Positions 30,584 through 40,110 of a stretch of DNA of 64,000 nucleotides are shown here, in pieces. The stretch is taken from the NCBI GenBank assembly GCA_963665845.2, contig OY762492.1, forward strand, positions 1,984,001 through 2,048,000, in the 5' to 3' direction. The notes under the pieces are model-generated. The model had not been told where the DNA came from, did no database searches, and was given only the letters and a program-made list of their open reading frames with translations. Both the position numbers and the translations under genes were made by a program. Source of the DNA: Candidatus Poribacteria bacterium. Lineage in GTDB: Bacteria > Poribacteria > WGA-4E > GCA-2687025. Numbering within the stretch: position 1 is the stretch's first letter; each line of letters opens with the position of its first letter.

Positions 30584-30823
30584 CTGATCTTACGTCTTAG
30601 TTGGGACATGTCGGCGGGTGGACGCGGACGTCGTCTGCGGCGCCTAAGATTCCCGCTTGCGCGGGAATGACGGCATGGGAGGGCGCGGGAATGACGGCAT
30701 GGGAGGGCGCGGGAATGACGGCATGGGAGGGCGCGGGAATGACGGCATGGGAGGGCGCGGGAATGACGGCATGGGAGGACGCGGATCGTTCCCCCCTTGA
30801 AAAGGGGGGCTAGGGGGGTTTAA
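30584..30823. repeat. Family A MITE half followed by 5 x 24-bp tandem repeat
   Basis: CTGATCTTACGTCTTAGTTGGGACAT end; GCGGGAATGACGGCATGGGAGGGC x5 at 30661-30780. Confidence 0.85.
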
Positions 30824-30895
30824 GGCGTGGACAACGGCGACATAAGAGCGCGCCGCTCTTAACGTACACCGCCTTCCGGTGTAGACTATAGACAA

Positions 30896-31576
30896 ATGAA
30901 ATACAGCGAGATCTTTTACTCCATTCAAGGCGAAGGCGCGTTGGCGGGCGTCCCGAGCGTCTTTTTTAGAACCAGTTACTGCAACCTGCGCTGCGTCTGG
31001 TGCGACACGCCGTACACCAGCTGGGAACCCGAAAACAGGGACATCACTGTAGAAGAAGCGGCGGAAGCGATCCTGCGCTACAACTGCCCCCATGCCGTCA
31101 TCACAGGCGGAGAGCCGACGATACAGGCGGACGAGTTGACGAAGCTGTGCGCCGCGCTGACCGCCGCCGGCATGCATATCACCATCGAAACGAACGGAAC
31201 CGTCTATGTTCCCGTTCAGGCGGATCTGATCTCCATCAGCCCGAAGCTGTCGAATTCAAACCCGCCGCCTGAAAACCGCGCCTTTCGATTTCACGAAGCA
31301 AAGCGGGTCAACCTGACCGTCATCCGCCAATATCTGCAGAGCCATGCGTGCCAGGTGAAGTTTGTTGTGGACGCGCCGTCCGATCTGGCGGAGATTGAGC
31401 GCATTGTCAAAGAGGCGGAGATACCGCCCTCTCAAACGCTCCTGATGCCGCAGGGCGTTTCAACCGACGAAATAAAGCCCAAAATGCGCCAGCTTGCTGA
31501 AATCTGCCGGCAGAAAGGTTACCGCCTCTCGCCGCGCCTTCATGTGGACATCTGGGGCGATCGGAGGGGCGTATGA
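30896..31576 (+). CDS. queE: 7-carboxy-7-deazaguanine synthase (radical SAM)
   Basis: [35 protein letters not shown]. Confidence 0.93.
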   Translation: MKYSEIFYSIQGEGALAGVPSVFFRTSYCNLRCVWCDTPYTSWEPENRDITVEEAAEAILRYNCPHAVITGGEPTIQADELTKLCAALTAAGMHITIETNGTVYVPVQADLISISPKLSNSNPPPENRAFRFHEAKRVNLTVIRQYLQSHACQVKFVVDAPSDLAEIERIVKEAEIPPSQTLLMPQGVSTDEIKPKMRQLAEICRQKGYRLSPRLHVDIWGDRRGV

Positions 31577-32271
31577 GCGCGGCAAAGCGCGCCGTCGTCC
31601 TGTTGAGCGGGGGGTTGGATTCCGCTGTCGCGCTTGCCGACGCGCTTCATAACGGGTATGAATGCGCCGCTCTTGCGGTTCGGTATGGACAGCGGCATGC
31701 GGCGGAATTGAAAGCGGCGCGCCGCGTCGCCCGTTCCCTCGGCGTTCCGTTCAAGGCGGTACGAATCGATCTGCGCGTCTTCGGCGGCTCCGCGCTCACC
31801 GACCGCATTGATGTGCCGAAGGGGCGCTCGCCGCGCGACATGGAACGCGGCATTCCGATCACCTACGTTCCCGCGCGCAACACGATCTTTCTCGCCCTTG
31901 CGCTGGGTTACGCCGAAACGATCGGCGCCGCCGACATCTTTATCGGCGTCAACGCGCTTGACTATTCAGGCTACCCCGATTGCCGGCCGGAGTATATCGC
32001 CGCGTTTGAAGCGGCGGCAAATCTGGCGGTCAAGGCGGCTGTCGAAGGGCGGGCGCGCTTCCGGATACACGCGCCGCTCATCAATATGACAAAGGCGGAG
32101 ATTGTCCGGCGCGGTTTGGAGCTGAAGGTCGATTTAAGCCTCACCCATTCCTGCTACGACCCTGACGCAGACGGCTTTGCCTGCGGACGCTGCGACGCAT
32201 GCCTCTTGCGCAAAAAAGGGTTCGCGGAAGCGGGCGCGCCCGACCCGACGCGGTACGCCGAGCGCGACTGA
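31573..32271 (+). CDS. queC: 7-cyano-7-deazaguanine synthase
   Basis: SGGLDS, YGQRH, YVPARN, GYPDCR, CGRCDAC. Confidence 0.96.
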   Translation: MSAAKRAVVLLSGGLDSAVALADALHNGYECAALAVRYGQRHAAELKAARRVARSLGVPFKAVRIDLRVFGGSALTDRIDVPKGRSPRDMERGIPITYVPARNTIFLALALGYAETIGAADIFIGVNALDYSGYPDCRPEYIAAFEAAANLAVKAAVEGRARFRIHAPLINMTKAEIVRRGLELKVDLSLTHSCYDPDADGFACGRCDACLLRKKGFAEAGAPDPTRYAERD

Positions 32272-32286
32272 AAGAAAGGAACCGAT

Positions 32287-33780
32287 ATGGCGCATCCATG
32301 CGCGTTTGTGATCTTCGGAGCCGCCGGCGATCTGTCGCGGCGAAAGCTGCTGCCGGCGCTGTTTCGCCTCTGGCGCGGGGGGCATCTGAACGAGTGGACG
32401 GCGCTGGTCGGCTCCGCCCGGCGCGACTGGAACGACGACGCCTTCAGAAACGAGGTTGCCGACTCCCTGCGCGAATTCGTCGGCGCGGACGCGCTCCAAG
32501 ACGGCGCATGGGAACGATTCGCCCAACGCCTCTTCTTCGTCGGGTTCGATATGAACGATCAAAGCGGATATGAACGTCTCAAACGGCGGCTTGAAAAGCT
32601 GGACGAGACGGACTATGTCGGGCGGCGGCGCGTGTATTACTTGGCGACGCCGCCGCAGGCATTCGCGCTGGCGAGCGAACAGCTGGACGCCGCCGGTTTG
32701 ACGCAGCCGCTGGAAACGCCGCACGGGGACTGGCCGCGCATCGTCGTAGAGAAACCGTTCGGACGCGACCTCGCCTCCTCTAGAGAGCTGGACGCCGCGC
32801 TGCTCCGCGCCTTTGACGAGGAGCGCATCTACCGCATCGACCATTATCTCGGCAAGGAGATGGCGCAGAACCTGATGGTGTTCCGTTTTGGCAACACGAT
32901 CTTTGAGTCGATCTGGAACCGCAACTGGATCGACCATGTGCAGATCTCCGTCGCCGAGTCGATCGGCGTAGAAAACCGCGGAAAAACCTACGAGCAGATG
33001 GGCGCCGCGCGCGACATCGTCCAGAACCATATCATGCAGCTGCTGGCGACCGTCGCAATGGAGCCGCCGAGCCGTTTTGACGCGCAGCGCGTCCGCGCCG
33101 AGAAGACGACCGTCATCGAAGCGATCCGCCCTGTTGACCCTGAAAGCGCGGAGACCGATTTTGTGCGCGCGCAGTATATCGCCGACGCGGCGGGCGGGCA
33201 GCCGGTGAAAGGGTATCGGCAGGAGAATCAGGTTGCGTCCGATTCGTTGACCGAAACTTACATGGCGGGAAAGTTTCAGATCGAGACATGGCGGTGGAGC
33301 GGCGTTCCGTTTTACATCCGCACGGGCAAGCGGCTCTCTAAGCGGGTGACGGAGGCGTCGATACATTTTAAAGAGCCGCCGATGACGCTTTTTCGAGACA
33401 GCGGCGGCGCGCCCAGCAATATCCTGACGATGCGCATACAGCCGGACGAGGGCATCTCGCTCTCTATCGACGCAAAGAAGCCGGGCGTCGCCATGGCGCT
33501 GGAGTCGGCGCTGATGGCGTTCCGTTATTCGGAGGCGTTTCCCGACCGCGTCATGCCGGACGCTTACGAGACGCTCATCATGGATGTGATCATGGGCGAT
33601 TCGATGCTGTTTGCGCCGTCCGAAATGCATGCGGCGGCATGGGCAGTTTTAGACCCGCTCTTGACCGCGTGGGAAAGTCCCGAAATATGCCCGCTCGATT
33701 TTTATCCGGCGGGAGCCGCCGGACCGCAGTCCGCCAACGCGATCATGCAGCGGGACGGGCGGAGATGGAGCCATTTTTGA
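32287..33780 (+). CDS. zwf: Glucose-6-phosphate dehydrogenase
   Basis: GAAGDL, EKPFG, RIDHYLGKE, RDIVQNH, GVPFYIRTGK. Confidence 0.96.
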   Translation: MAHPCAFVIFGAAGDLSRRKLLPALFRLWRGGHLNEWTALVGSARRDWNDDAFRNEVADSLREFVGADALQDGAWERFAQRLFFVGFDMNDQSGYERLKRRLEKLDETDYVGRRRVYYLATPPQAFALASEQLDAAGLTQPLETPHGDWPRIVVEKPFGRDLASSRELDAALLRAFDEERIYRIDHYLGKEMAQNLMVFRFGNTIFESIWNRNWIDHVQISVAESIGVENRGKTYEQMGAARDIVQNHIMQLLATVAMEPPSRFDAQRVRAEKTTVIEAIRPVDPESAETDFVRAQYIADAAGGQPVKGYRQENQVASDSLTETYMAGKFQIETWRWSGVPFYIRTGKRLSKRVTEASIHFKEPPMTLFRDSGGAPSNILTMRIQPDEGISLSIDAKKPGVAMALESALMAFRYSEAFPDRVMPDAYETLIMDVIMGDSMLFAPSEMHAAAWAVLDPLLTAWESPEICPLDFYPAGAAGPQSANAIMQRDGRRWSHF

Positions 33781-33805
33781 CCGCGTGACTAAGGAGCAGA
33801 CAACG

Positions 33806-35362
33806 ATGAGCGCAACAAAATGGAAAAAACAGCTTGCGCTGCTTGCCGGCGCCATCTTGCTGGCGGCTCTGGCCATTGGCGCCGCGATTCTTTTTCAATC
33901 AAACGACATAGACCCCGCCGCGCAAACGAACGCGCCGGAAGCAGGCGGCAGCTCCGAGCCGAGAAAAGAAGCTGTAGCCCCCGACACACCAGGAGGCGTC
34001 GCGCAGGAGAAAGAGCCGTCAGAAATCAGCCCCAGATTGGCGGAGCTTCTGCAGATCCTGTACGACCATAGAGGCGATGAATCGAACCCAAAGATTCGCG
34101 CATGGCTTGAATGGTACGGAAATAAGATGATCGCCGACGGGAAAGAGGACGCAGATATCGTTGGAATGCTTGACAGCGATCTCTGGAGCATGAGGAAGAT
34201 TTCCGATCCGAAAGAGCTGGAATGGCGCATTGAAGACGCCCGAAAGAACGCGCTGTACGAGGACGAGGAGGATGCTGACGAGGGCTGGCAGTACAGTGAA
34301 AACTTCTCTGAAAAAAAGAACCGCCTCAACAAATTCTTTTACGATCTGTATGGCGATCTTCGCTATCCCGAGCCGCACGAAAAAACGCCGCGCGAGGCGA
34401 TCGATATACTGGTCGAAGGGATGGACGATCTGGACGCCGCCAAAAGCTTGATTGGAGGAGGATACGAATCACTTTTTCCCGAAGCTTCCGGCTTAGATTG
34501 GGGCAAAATAGAAGAAGAGTACGCCGCAGAATACGCGGACCGCGTCCTTGCAAAGGACCCGACCTCGCGCGATGCCTTGCTGGTGAAAGTCTTTGCAGGA
34601 GTTGATGTTGATGAATCGGCGCGGCTGATTATCGAACATCATTCAGACGACACCGACGCAATTTATCAAGTGTCCGGCAGACTCTGGGAAACATCCCCAG
34701 AGCTGGAGATTGCCGCGATCAACACACTGCTGCAGGAAGATAACTTGCCCGCTGAATCGTATTTCCATGACATGCTTGGCAGGTCGTATGAGCGGCTTGA
34801 TATGCTGTCTGAAGCGGCTGATCAGTACCTGCTGGCGTATATGGCTGGCGGCTACATGACAGCTTACAATACTTTAGAACGGGGGGAGCGGAACTATTCG
34901 TCCATCTGGGAGGAACGGAGGCCGGACGCGGCGGCAAAGCAGACGCCAACCGCGCCGAGCGGGCCGGCTCATGATCATCCCCATGCGGCGGCTCCAGACG
35001 ATCCGCATGGCGCTCCTCCTCCGCCTGCCCATCCAGACGCCCCGCGCCCTGAAGGCGCGCCGCCCCCTACTCCGCCAAACGCGGAGATGGACATGGCGGC
35101 CGCATACGCCGACTTCGCCAAGGCGTACCAGAGCGCGTTTGAGATGGAATACTCCCTCTCCGAGGCGACGCCCGAAGGCTATATGAACGCCTTGCTTGGA
35201 ATGGCGCGCGCCTTCGCCAAGTCGGGCGACGCCCAGCGCGCCCAGGACGCCTACAACGCCGTCCGCAAACGCCATTCGCGCGAGGAGGTTGAGCAGGTCT
35301 TCCGCCGCTTCGATGAGCAGGAGCGTCTGAAACGGCAGCCGCCGAGCGGCGAGGACGAATAG
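33806..35362 (+). CDS. Hypothetical exported or membrane-anchored helical protein with TPR-like segments
   Basis: AAGGAG SD; N-terminal hydrophobic helix; LGRSYERL..LSEAADQY TPR-like segment; His/Pro-rich linker. Confidence 0.7.
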   Translation: MSATKWKKQLALLAGAILLAALAIGAAILFQSNDIDPAAQTNAPEAGGSSEPRKEAVAPDTPGGVAQEKEPSEISPRLAELLQILYDHRGDESNPKIRAWLEWYGNKMIADGKEDADIVGMLDSDLWSMRKISDPKELEWRIEDARKNALYEDEEDADEGWQYSENFSEKKNRLNKFFYDLYGDLRYPEPHEKTPREAIDILVEGMDDLDAAKSLIGGGYESLFPEASGLDWGKIEEEYAAEYADRVLAKDPTSRDALLVKVFAGVDVDESARLIIEHHSDDTDAIYQVSGRLWETSPELEIAAINTLLQEDNLPAESYFHDMLGRSYERLDMLSEAADQYLLAYMAGGYMTAYNTLERGERNYSSIWEERRPDAAAKQTPTAPSGPAHDHPHAAAPDDPHGAPPPPAHPDAPRPEGAPPPTPPNAEMDMAAAYADFAKAYQSAFEMEYSLSEATPEGYMNALLGMARAFAKSGDAQRAQDAYNAVRKRHSREEVEQVFRRFDEQERLKRQPPSGEDE

Positions 35363-35389
35363 GCTTGACCGCATGTTTCCATCAAGGCG

Positions 35390-36505
35390 ATGGCAATGTC
35401 GACGGAACGGCTTGCCCCCGCGCCTGAGACCGTCTATGCTGTTACGCGCTCTCTTCTTGCGGAGGACAAGGCGATCCTACCATCTTGGGCAGACTCGTTT
35501 GCGGAACGGCTTGGGGAAACGATCCGCGCCGTTGAACAGATCGCGCGGCACCCCCTCGGAACGACGCGCGTATGGCGCGTAACGGCGGAAAGCGGGCGCG
35601 AATACGCCGTAAAACAGCATATCTACCGCGCCGCCCAAACGCGCGGCGGATATGACGCGCTGGAAACGGAAGCCGCCGTCCTGACGCTCCTTGAAGAGAT
35701 GCGCGCCCCGACCCCCGCCGTGAAAGCGGTCGACATGGAGGCGGGCTGTCTCGCGTCCGAATGGATACACGGCGCGACTCTGGACGATCTCGCGCAGCGC
35801 GACCCCGGCGCCGCCCGCAAAGCCGCGCCAAAAGCGCTCGCCGCGCTTGAGCGGATTGAACGGGCTTTGGAGGCGCGCATTTCGGAGGCGGAGCCGTTTG
35901 CGTTTGATCAAGATTACGACGCCTATCTCGGAGCCGATTTTGCGCATATCCTGATGGAGGCGCGCGTCGGTTACAACGCGCTCTGCGAACAGATCGGAGC
36001 GGCGCCTCCCGCGGGAAACGCCGACTGGGAGGCGGTTTATGCGGCGATTCAAAACGCGCAGCCGACGATGGGTTCGCTTGACTACAACGCGCGAAACCTT
36101 CTCATAACGCCAAGCCGAGCCGTATATCTGGACTTTTCAGCGGTCGGATGGGACTGGACGGAGCGGCGCCTCGCGCATTACTTATACGCGCTTGGGGCGC
36201 GCGATCCGTCCGGGTCGTTTGTGTGCGCCTTGACGCCGGCGGCGTTGTCGAACGCTGTTTTTTTTGACCCTGCGGCGCTGGAGGCGCATCTGTTTCTGTT
36301 TCAATGTTTGACAGCTGAACGTCTTCTTCGGGGCGGGCTGACGCCGCCTGCCGAGGCGGAGAATGCGCATGACCCGTACTGGCAAAATCGGAGGAACCGT
36401 TTTGAGCAGACGGCGCATGCGGTCGCATACGGCGCGGTTGCGGAGTGTGAAGGGACAGCGCGCCTGCGCTCTGCCGCCGCGGAGAAGGTCGGTGGAGAGC
36501 GTTGA
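35390..36505 (+). CDS. Aminoglycoside phosphotransferase/kinase-like protein
   Basis: YAVK, SEWIHG, LDYNARNLL (Brenner-like, His replaced), YLDFS. Confidence 0.65.
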   Translation: MAMSTERLAPAPETVYAVTRSLLAEDKAILPSWADSFAERLGETIRAVEQIARHPLGTTRVWRVTAESGREYAVKQHIYRAAQTRGGYDALETEAAVLTLLEEMRAPTPAVKAVDMEAGCLASEWIHGATLDDLAQRDPGAARKAAPKALAALERIERALEARISEAEPFAFDQDYDAYLGADFAHILMEARVGYNALCEQIGAAPPAGNADWEAVYAAIQNAQPTMGSLDYNARNLLITPSRAVYLDFSAVGWDWTERRLAHYLYALGARDPSGSFVCALTPAALSNAVFFDPAALEAHLFLFQCLTAERLLRGGLTPPAEAENAHDPYWQNRRNRFEQTAHAVAYGAVAECEGTARLRSAAAEKVGGER

Positions 36506-36606
36506 CGAAGGCGGCGTCATTCCCGCGCCAGCGGGAATCTTAAGGCATCGCAATCGCCGCGAATATCCCCGTATGAGCGTACTGCCGGCAATCGGATCGG
36601 CGCCGC

Positions 36607-38253
36607 TTAACCATCCTCGCTCTGTCCGATTTTGCCGCAGGCTTCCATGACCTTGTCCACAACGGTTTTGACATCCGCTTCGTCCACAAACGGCGACAGG
36701 ATGAACGATTTCAGCGCGACGATCGGTTCGCCGTAGTCGGTTTGCCGGTAGCAGTCGGTGATAGAAATGACGACGCCCCGCCCTTCCATCGCCTCGGAAT
36801 GGACATATTGAAACACTTCTCGGTTGTAGGCGTTATGGGCAATCAAACTGTCGCGGTAGGCGGGGTCTTCAAATTCCTGACGCATGATGCCGAACGTGTC
36901 GACCCCTTCCGGATAAACTCGAAAGACGGTGACGGCGCCGAAATTGTCGCTGTTTAGGGTGGTCGTACAAGAGCGCCCTCCCAGATGCTCCCGCAGCAGC
37001 TGCGTCATCTCGACGAGATGGCCGAGTATCGCTTGCAAACCCTGCTCCCCAAACAACCGAAGATTGGCGAGCGCCGCCAACGGACCGGTTCCCGCCCGCG
37101 AGGTTTCAAGAGTGAACATGCCAGGGCGATGCTCTCCAAACTGGTATAGATACGGCATCTGCTCCGGGCGCCGCTTCACCAAATCCAGATCGGTTTGATC
37201 TTTAACAAGAACAAGGCTGGAGATATACGGCGCAAAGCCTGTTTTATGAAAGTCAATGCCGACCGAATCGGCGAGAGAAAGATGCTGTATGCGCCGCCGC
37301 GCCCCTGCCAGCGCGCGAATCGTGCGCGGACGAAATCCTAGGGGGTTCTCTTCAAGGGAGTAATTGTTGAACGCCGACCATGCCCATCCGATAACGGCGT
37401 CGGCATGAATATGAGGCTGGTAGTCCAGCTCAAATTCTTCCGCAAGAGCGGCGCGCATCGCGGCAATCGCTTCTAAGTTGTCCAGTCCAAAGGCGTCGGT
37501 GGTTCCTAAGGTGGCGATGAACGCGGCAATCTTTTTCCCTTTTGCGAGAGCGTCTCGAGCGGCTTGTTCAAGCAGTTCGAGATCGATTTCGTTGTCATGC
37601 GTTGTCGGAATGATAACGAGATTGTCCGTTCCGATGCCGAGCCAGCCCGCGATATTGGCTGCGCAGTAATGTCCGGCGTCGGACACGAAGACGACCGCAT
37701 CATCCGGAACGCCTTTTTGTATGGCGCCCGGACATGCTTTTTCCAGCCCCAGTTTCACGCCGTAGAGAGTCGTTCCGGTGCCTCCAAATGTGAACACGCC
37801 GCTGGATTGCGCCGAGTCGTATCCGATCATTTTTGAAGCGATGGCGGCAACTTCCACCTCCGCCAGCGCGACCAGTCGGCTGTATTCGTCCCAAGCGATA
37901 TTCGGATTATGCAGGGAGGCGAGCAGTACCCCGACTAGGCTCGGTATCGTTGTCGGGCCGATAACGTTCTGTTGAGTGCGCGGATGTCCAAAAATCGGCA
38001 TTCCGCGCAGGTAGCTGACGATGTCTGCAGTGACCTCCTCCACGGAGGACATCGCGTCCGGCAGCTCCGCCTGCCTCGCCTTTTCATAATCGCCGAAGAC
38101 GATGTCTCCGAGCATGGGCAGTTCCGTTTTGAGCGCGTCCACCTGGTCTAGGGCGCGCATAATAGAATGGACGAAATAGGAGTCGTGAATCGGGTCGGAC
38201 ATCGGCTGCGGAAAGGCGAGCCGTATGCGTTCTAAAATATCGCGGTATACCAT
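36607..38253 (-). CDS. PLP-dependent decarboxylase (group II)
   Basis: TFGGT, GTTDAFGLD, HADAV, DSVGIDFHK (PLP lysine), TLETSR. Confidence 0.88.
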   Translation of the reverse strand: MVYRDILERIRLAFPQPMSDPIHDSYFVHSIMRALDQVDALKTELPMLGDIVFGDYEKARQAELPDAMSSVEEVTADIVSYLRGMPIFGHPRTQQNVIGPTTIPSLVGVLLASLHNPNIAWDEYSRLVALAEVEVAAIASKMIGYDSAQSSGVFTFGGTGTTLYGVKLGLEKACPGAIQKGVPDDAVVFVSDAGHYCAANIAGWLGIGTDNLVIIPTTHDNEIDLELLEQAARDALAKGKKIAAFIATLGTTDAFGLDNLEAIAAMRAALAEEFELDYQPHIHADAVIGWAWSAFNNYSLEENPLGFRPRTIRALAGARRRIQHLSLADSVGIDFHKTGFAPYISSLVLVKDQTDLDLVKRRPEQMPYLYQFGEHRPGMFTLETSRAGTGPLAALANLRLFGEQGLQAILGHLVEMTQLLREHLGGRSCTTTLNSDNFGAVTVFRVYPEGVDTFGIMRQEFEDPAYRDSLIAHNAYNREVFQYVHSEAMEGRGVVISITDCYRQTDYGEPIVALKSFILSPFVDEADVKTVVDKVMEACGKIGQSEDG

Positions 38254-38340
38254 GTTTACGCTTTCGCCCGCATGCGCGCCTACGAATGAACCTACACAGA
38301 TATGTTAGCGCATTTTAGAGCGGTATGCGAATCTTCCAGC

Positions 38341-38541
38341 CCTTGAGTCTTAAGTTGGGACATGGCGGCATGGGAACGCGGACGGTTTCAGCGGCGCCTC
38401 TGGATTCCCGCACGTTTTACCGCAAGGGCGGGGAATGCACGTCCCCGCGGGCATGTCCTCGTGAAAACGGGGAAGCGGGGGACGATCTGGTTGGCGACGC
38501 TTTTTTCCTATGAATAGGGCGGTCATTCGTTCAAATGTCCG
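38341..38541. mobile_element. Degenerate family A MITE copy
   Basis: GTCTTAAGTTGGGACAT...ATGAATAGGGCGGTCATTCGTTCAAATGTCC. Confidence 0.65.
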
Positions 38542-38597
38542 AAAGACAGAGGCGAATAGCAAAAGACGCCGTCCTGCCGCAGTCATTTCTTCGCCGC

Positions 38598-39704
38598 TTA
38601 TTCTTCAGAGGCGTTCTCTTGCGGCGCCTCCGCCTCCGCCTCTTTGATGTCGCCCCACTGCTCATGCTTCTTGCCCGAAAGATCGATGGAGAGAAAACGG
38701 CTCTTGCCCGCCAAAACCCATGTCGGAGAATCGCCGTCGGGCTTGATCAGCTTCTCCTTTCGCGCCGCGACATGCGCCAGGTAAACGCCAATCGGCTTTG
38801 GATTCTTCGGATCAATAGACCCTCCGAAGTAGACGATCCATTTCGAATCGGGCGACCATTCTACATGGTTGACATAGCTCCCGTCCTCCATAAAACGCTC
38901 CGCGCCGGACCCGTCCGAGTTCATCATGTACAATACTAGGTCGCCTGGACCGTCGCGCAAGCTTCCAAACATGATCGTTCGTCCGTCCCGGGACCAAGAA
39001 GGATAAATATCCGTTCTTGGATCATCGGTGAGGTTGACGATATTTGACCCGTCGCTGTTCATGGCATAGATATCGTATTTGACTTTTGCTTCGAGATCCA
39101 GCCTCGGTTCTTCCAAAGCGTCGAACGCGATTTTTTGACCGTCCGGCGACCATGACATGAAACCTGATCCAGGCAGCCGTTCCGGAAAATCGGTCAATTG
39201 AACATGTTTCTTAGTGTGAACATTCACCTTGTAAAGATTCTTTCTAGGGACAGCGTTCTGATTATACCATGTGTTGATAATCGTAACCCATTTCCCGTCG
39301 GGCGACCAAGAAGGGTGTGTGAAAAACCCTTCTTCTCCTTTAGGAAGCCATTCCAGCAGATTCTGGACGTCGCCGGTCCTCAAATCCAGCAGATAGGGTA
39401 TGTAGTTCCATTCGTCTTCGTCGAACACGACCACGACAGCGCGCTTTCCGTCCGGCGACCAGTAGGCGCTGCCTGAAAATCTTGCCTTTCCGTCCCCCAT
39501 CCAGAGTCGGTCGTTCCCGCCGTCCCAATCCATGAGGCGAATCTCAAACCCTTCAGGCGTAAGGTAGGCGATGGTCGGCTTGTCCAGCTTCGTAACATCC
39601 TCTTTCGGTTTCGGCAGGGGCAGGACAGCATGCGCCGACTGCAGACTTGCGCAGAGCAGCAGCGAGGCGGTTGTCAAACAGGCGGCGAATCGAATCTTCA
39701 GCAT
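38598..39704 (-). CDS. TolB-like beta-propeller (PD40 repeats) exported protein
   Basis: Signal peptide; repeated WSPDG motifs, IYAMNSDGS; C-terminal SIDLSGKKHEQWGDIK. Confidence 0.85.
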   Translation of the reverse strand: MLKIRFAACLTTASLLLCASLQSAHAVLPLPKPKEDVTKLDKPTIAYLTPEGFEIRLMDWDGGNDRLWMGDGKARFSGSAYWSPDGKRAVVVVFDEDEWNYIPYLLDLRTGDVQNLLEWLPKGEEGFFTHPSWSPDGKWVTIINTWYNQNAVPRKNLYKVNVHTKKHVQLTDFPERLPGSGFMSWSPDGQKIAFDALEEPRLDLEAKVKYDIYAMNSDGSNIVNLTDDPRTDIYPSWSRDGRTIMFGSLRDGPGDLVLYMMNSDGSGAERFMEDGSYVNHVEWSPDSKWIVYFGGSIDPKNPKPIGVYLAHVAARKEKLIKPDGDSPTWVLAGKSRFLSIDLSGKKHEQWGDIKEAEAEAPQENASEE

Positions 39705-39767
39705 GTCCATTCCTTCCCAATGCATTGTAACTGGTCGCTGAATGCGCGTCAATATAGGCGCGAAGCG

Positions 39768-40031
39768 GACAGTCTCTATACGATGTTTTTGATTTTAGAG
39801 GGTTCCGTTTTGGAATGCGGACGCGGTCTGGGAAAACTCTGGATTCCCGCTTGCGCGGGAATGCATGTCCTCGCGGAAGCGGGGAACGAATAGCCCAATC
39901 ACAGCGGTTGGGGCGCGGTTTCTGGACTCCCCCCTTGAAAAAGGGGGCTGGGGGGGTTTTAGTTCCGGGCGCGGAATCGCGATTAGCAAAACTCAAACGG
40001 ATTTTCGTCGTCGTCGCCTATAGAGACTGCC
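39768..40031. mobile_element. MITE family B copy (reverse orientation)
   Basis: Ends GACAGTCTCTATA and TATAGAGACTGCC; interior is reverse complement of 56986-57204. Confidence 0.7.
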
Positions 40032-40110
40032 CGCATAATAAAATTCTTGCGGCGCGCGGGCGGAACCGCTAACATACTGCATGTCTCAATAGACGCGGCA
40101 TAGATATTTT

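Noticed and set aside
30661-30780. Possible CRISPR array
   Set aside because: Head-to-tail 24-bp units with no unique spacers; no cas genes in the window
30800-30895. preQ1 riboswitch upstream of queE
   Set aside because: No recognisable preQ1 stem-loop with A-rich tail, and the gene appears leaderless
30896-32271. Dpd or QatABCD-type deazaguanine defence system
   Set aside because: Canonical queE and queC with no dpdA, TatD or ATPase partner; most likely tRNA queuosine synthesis
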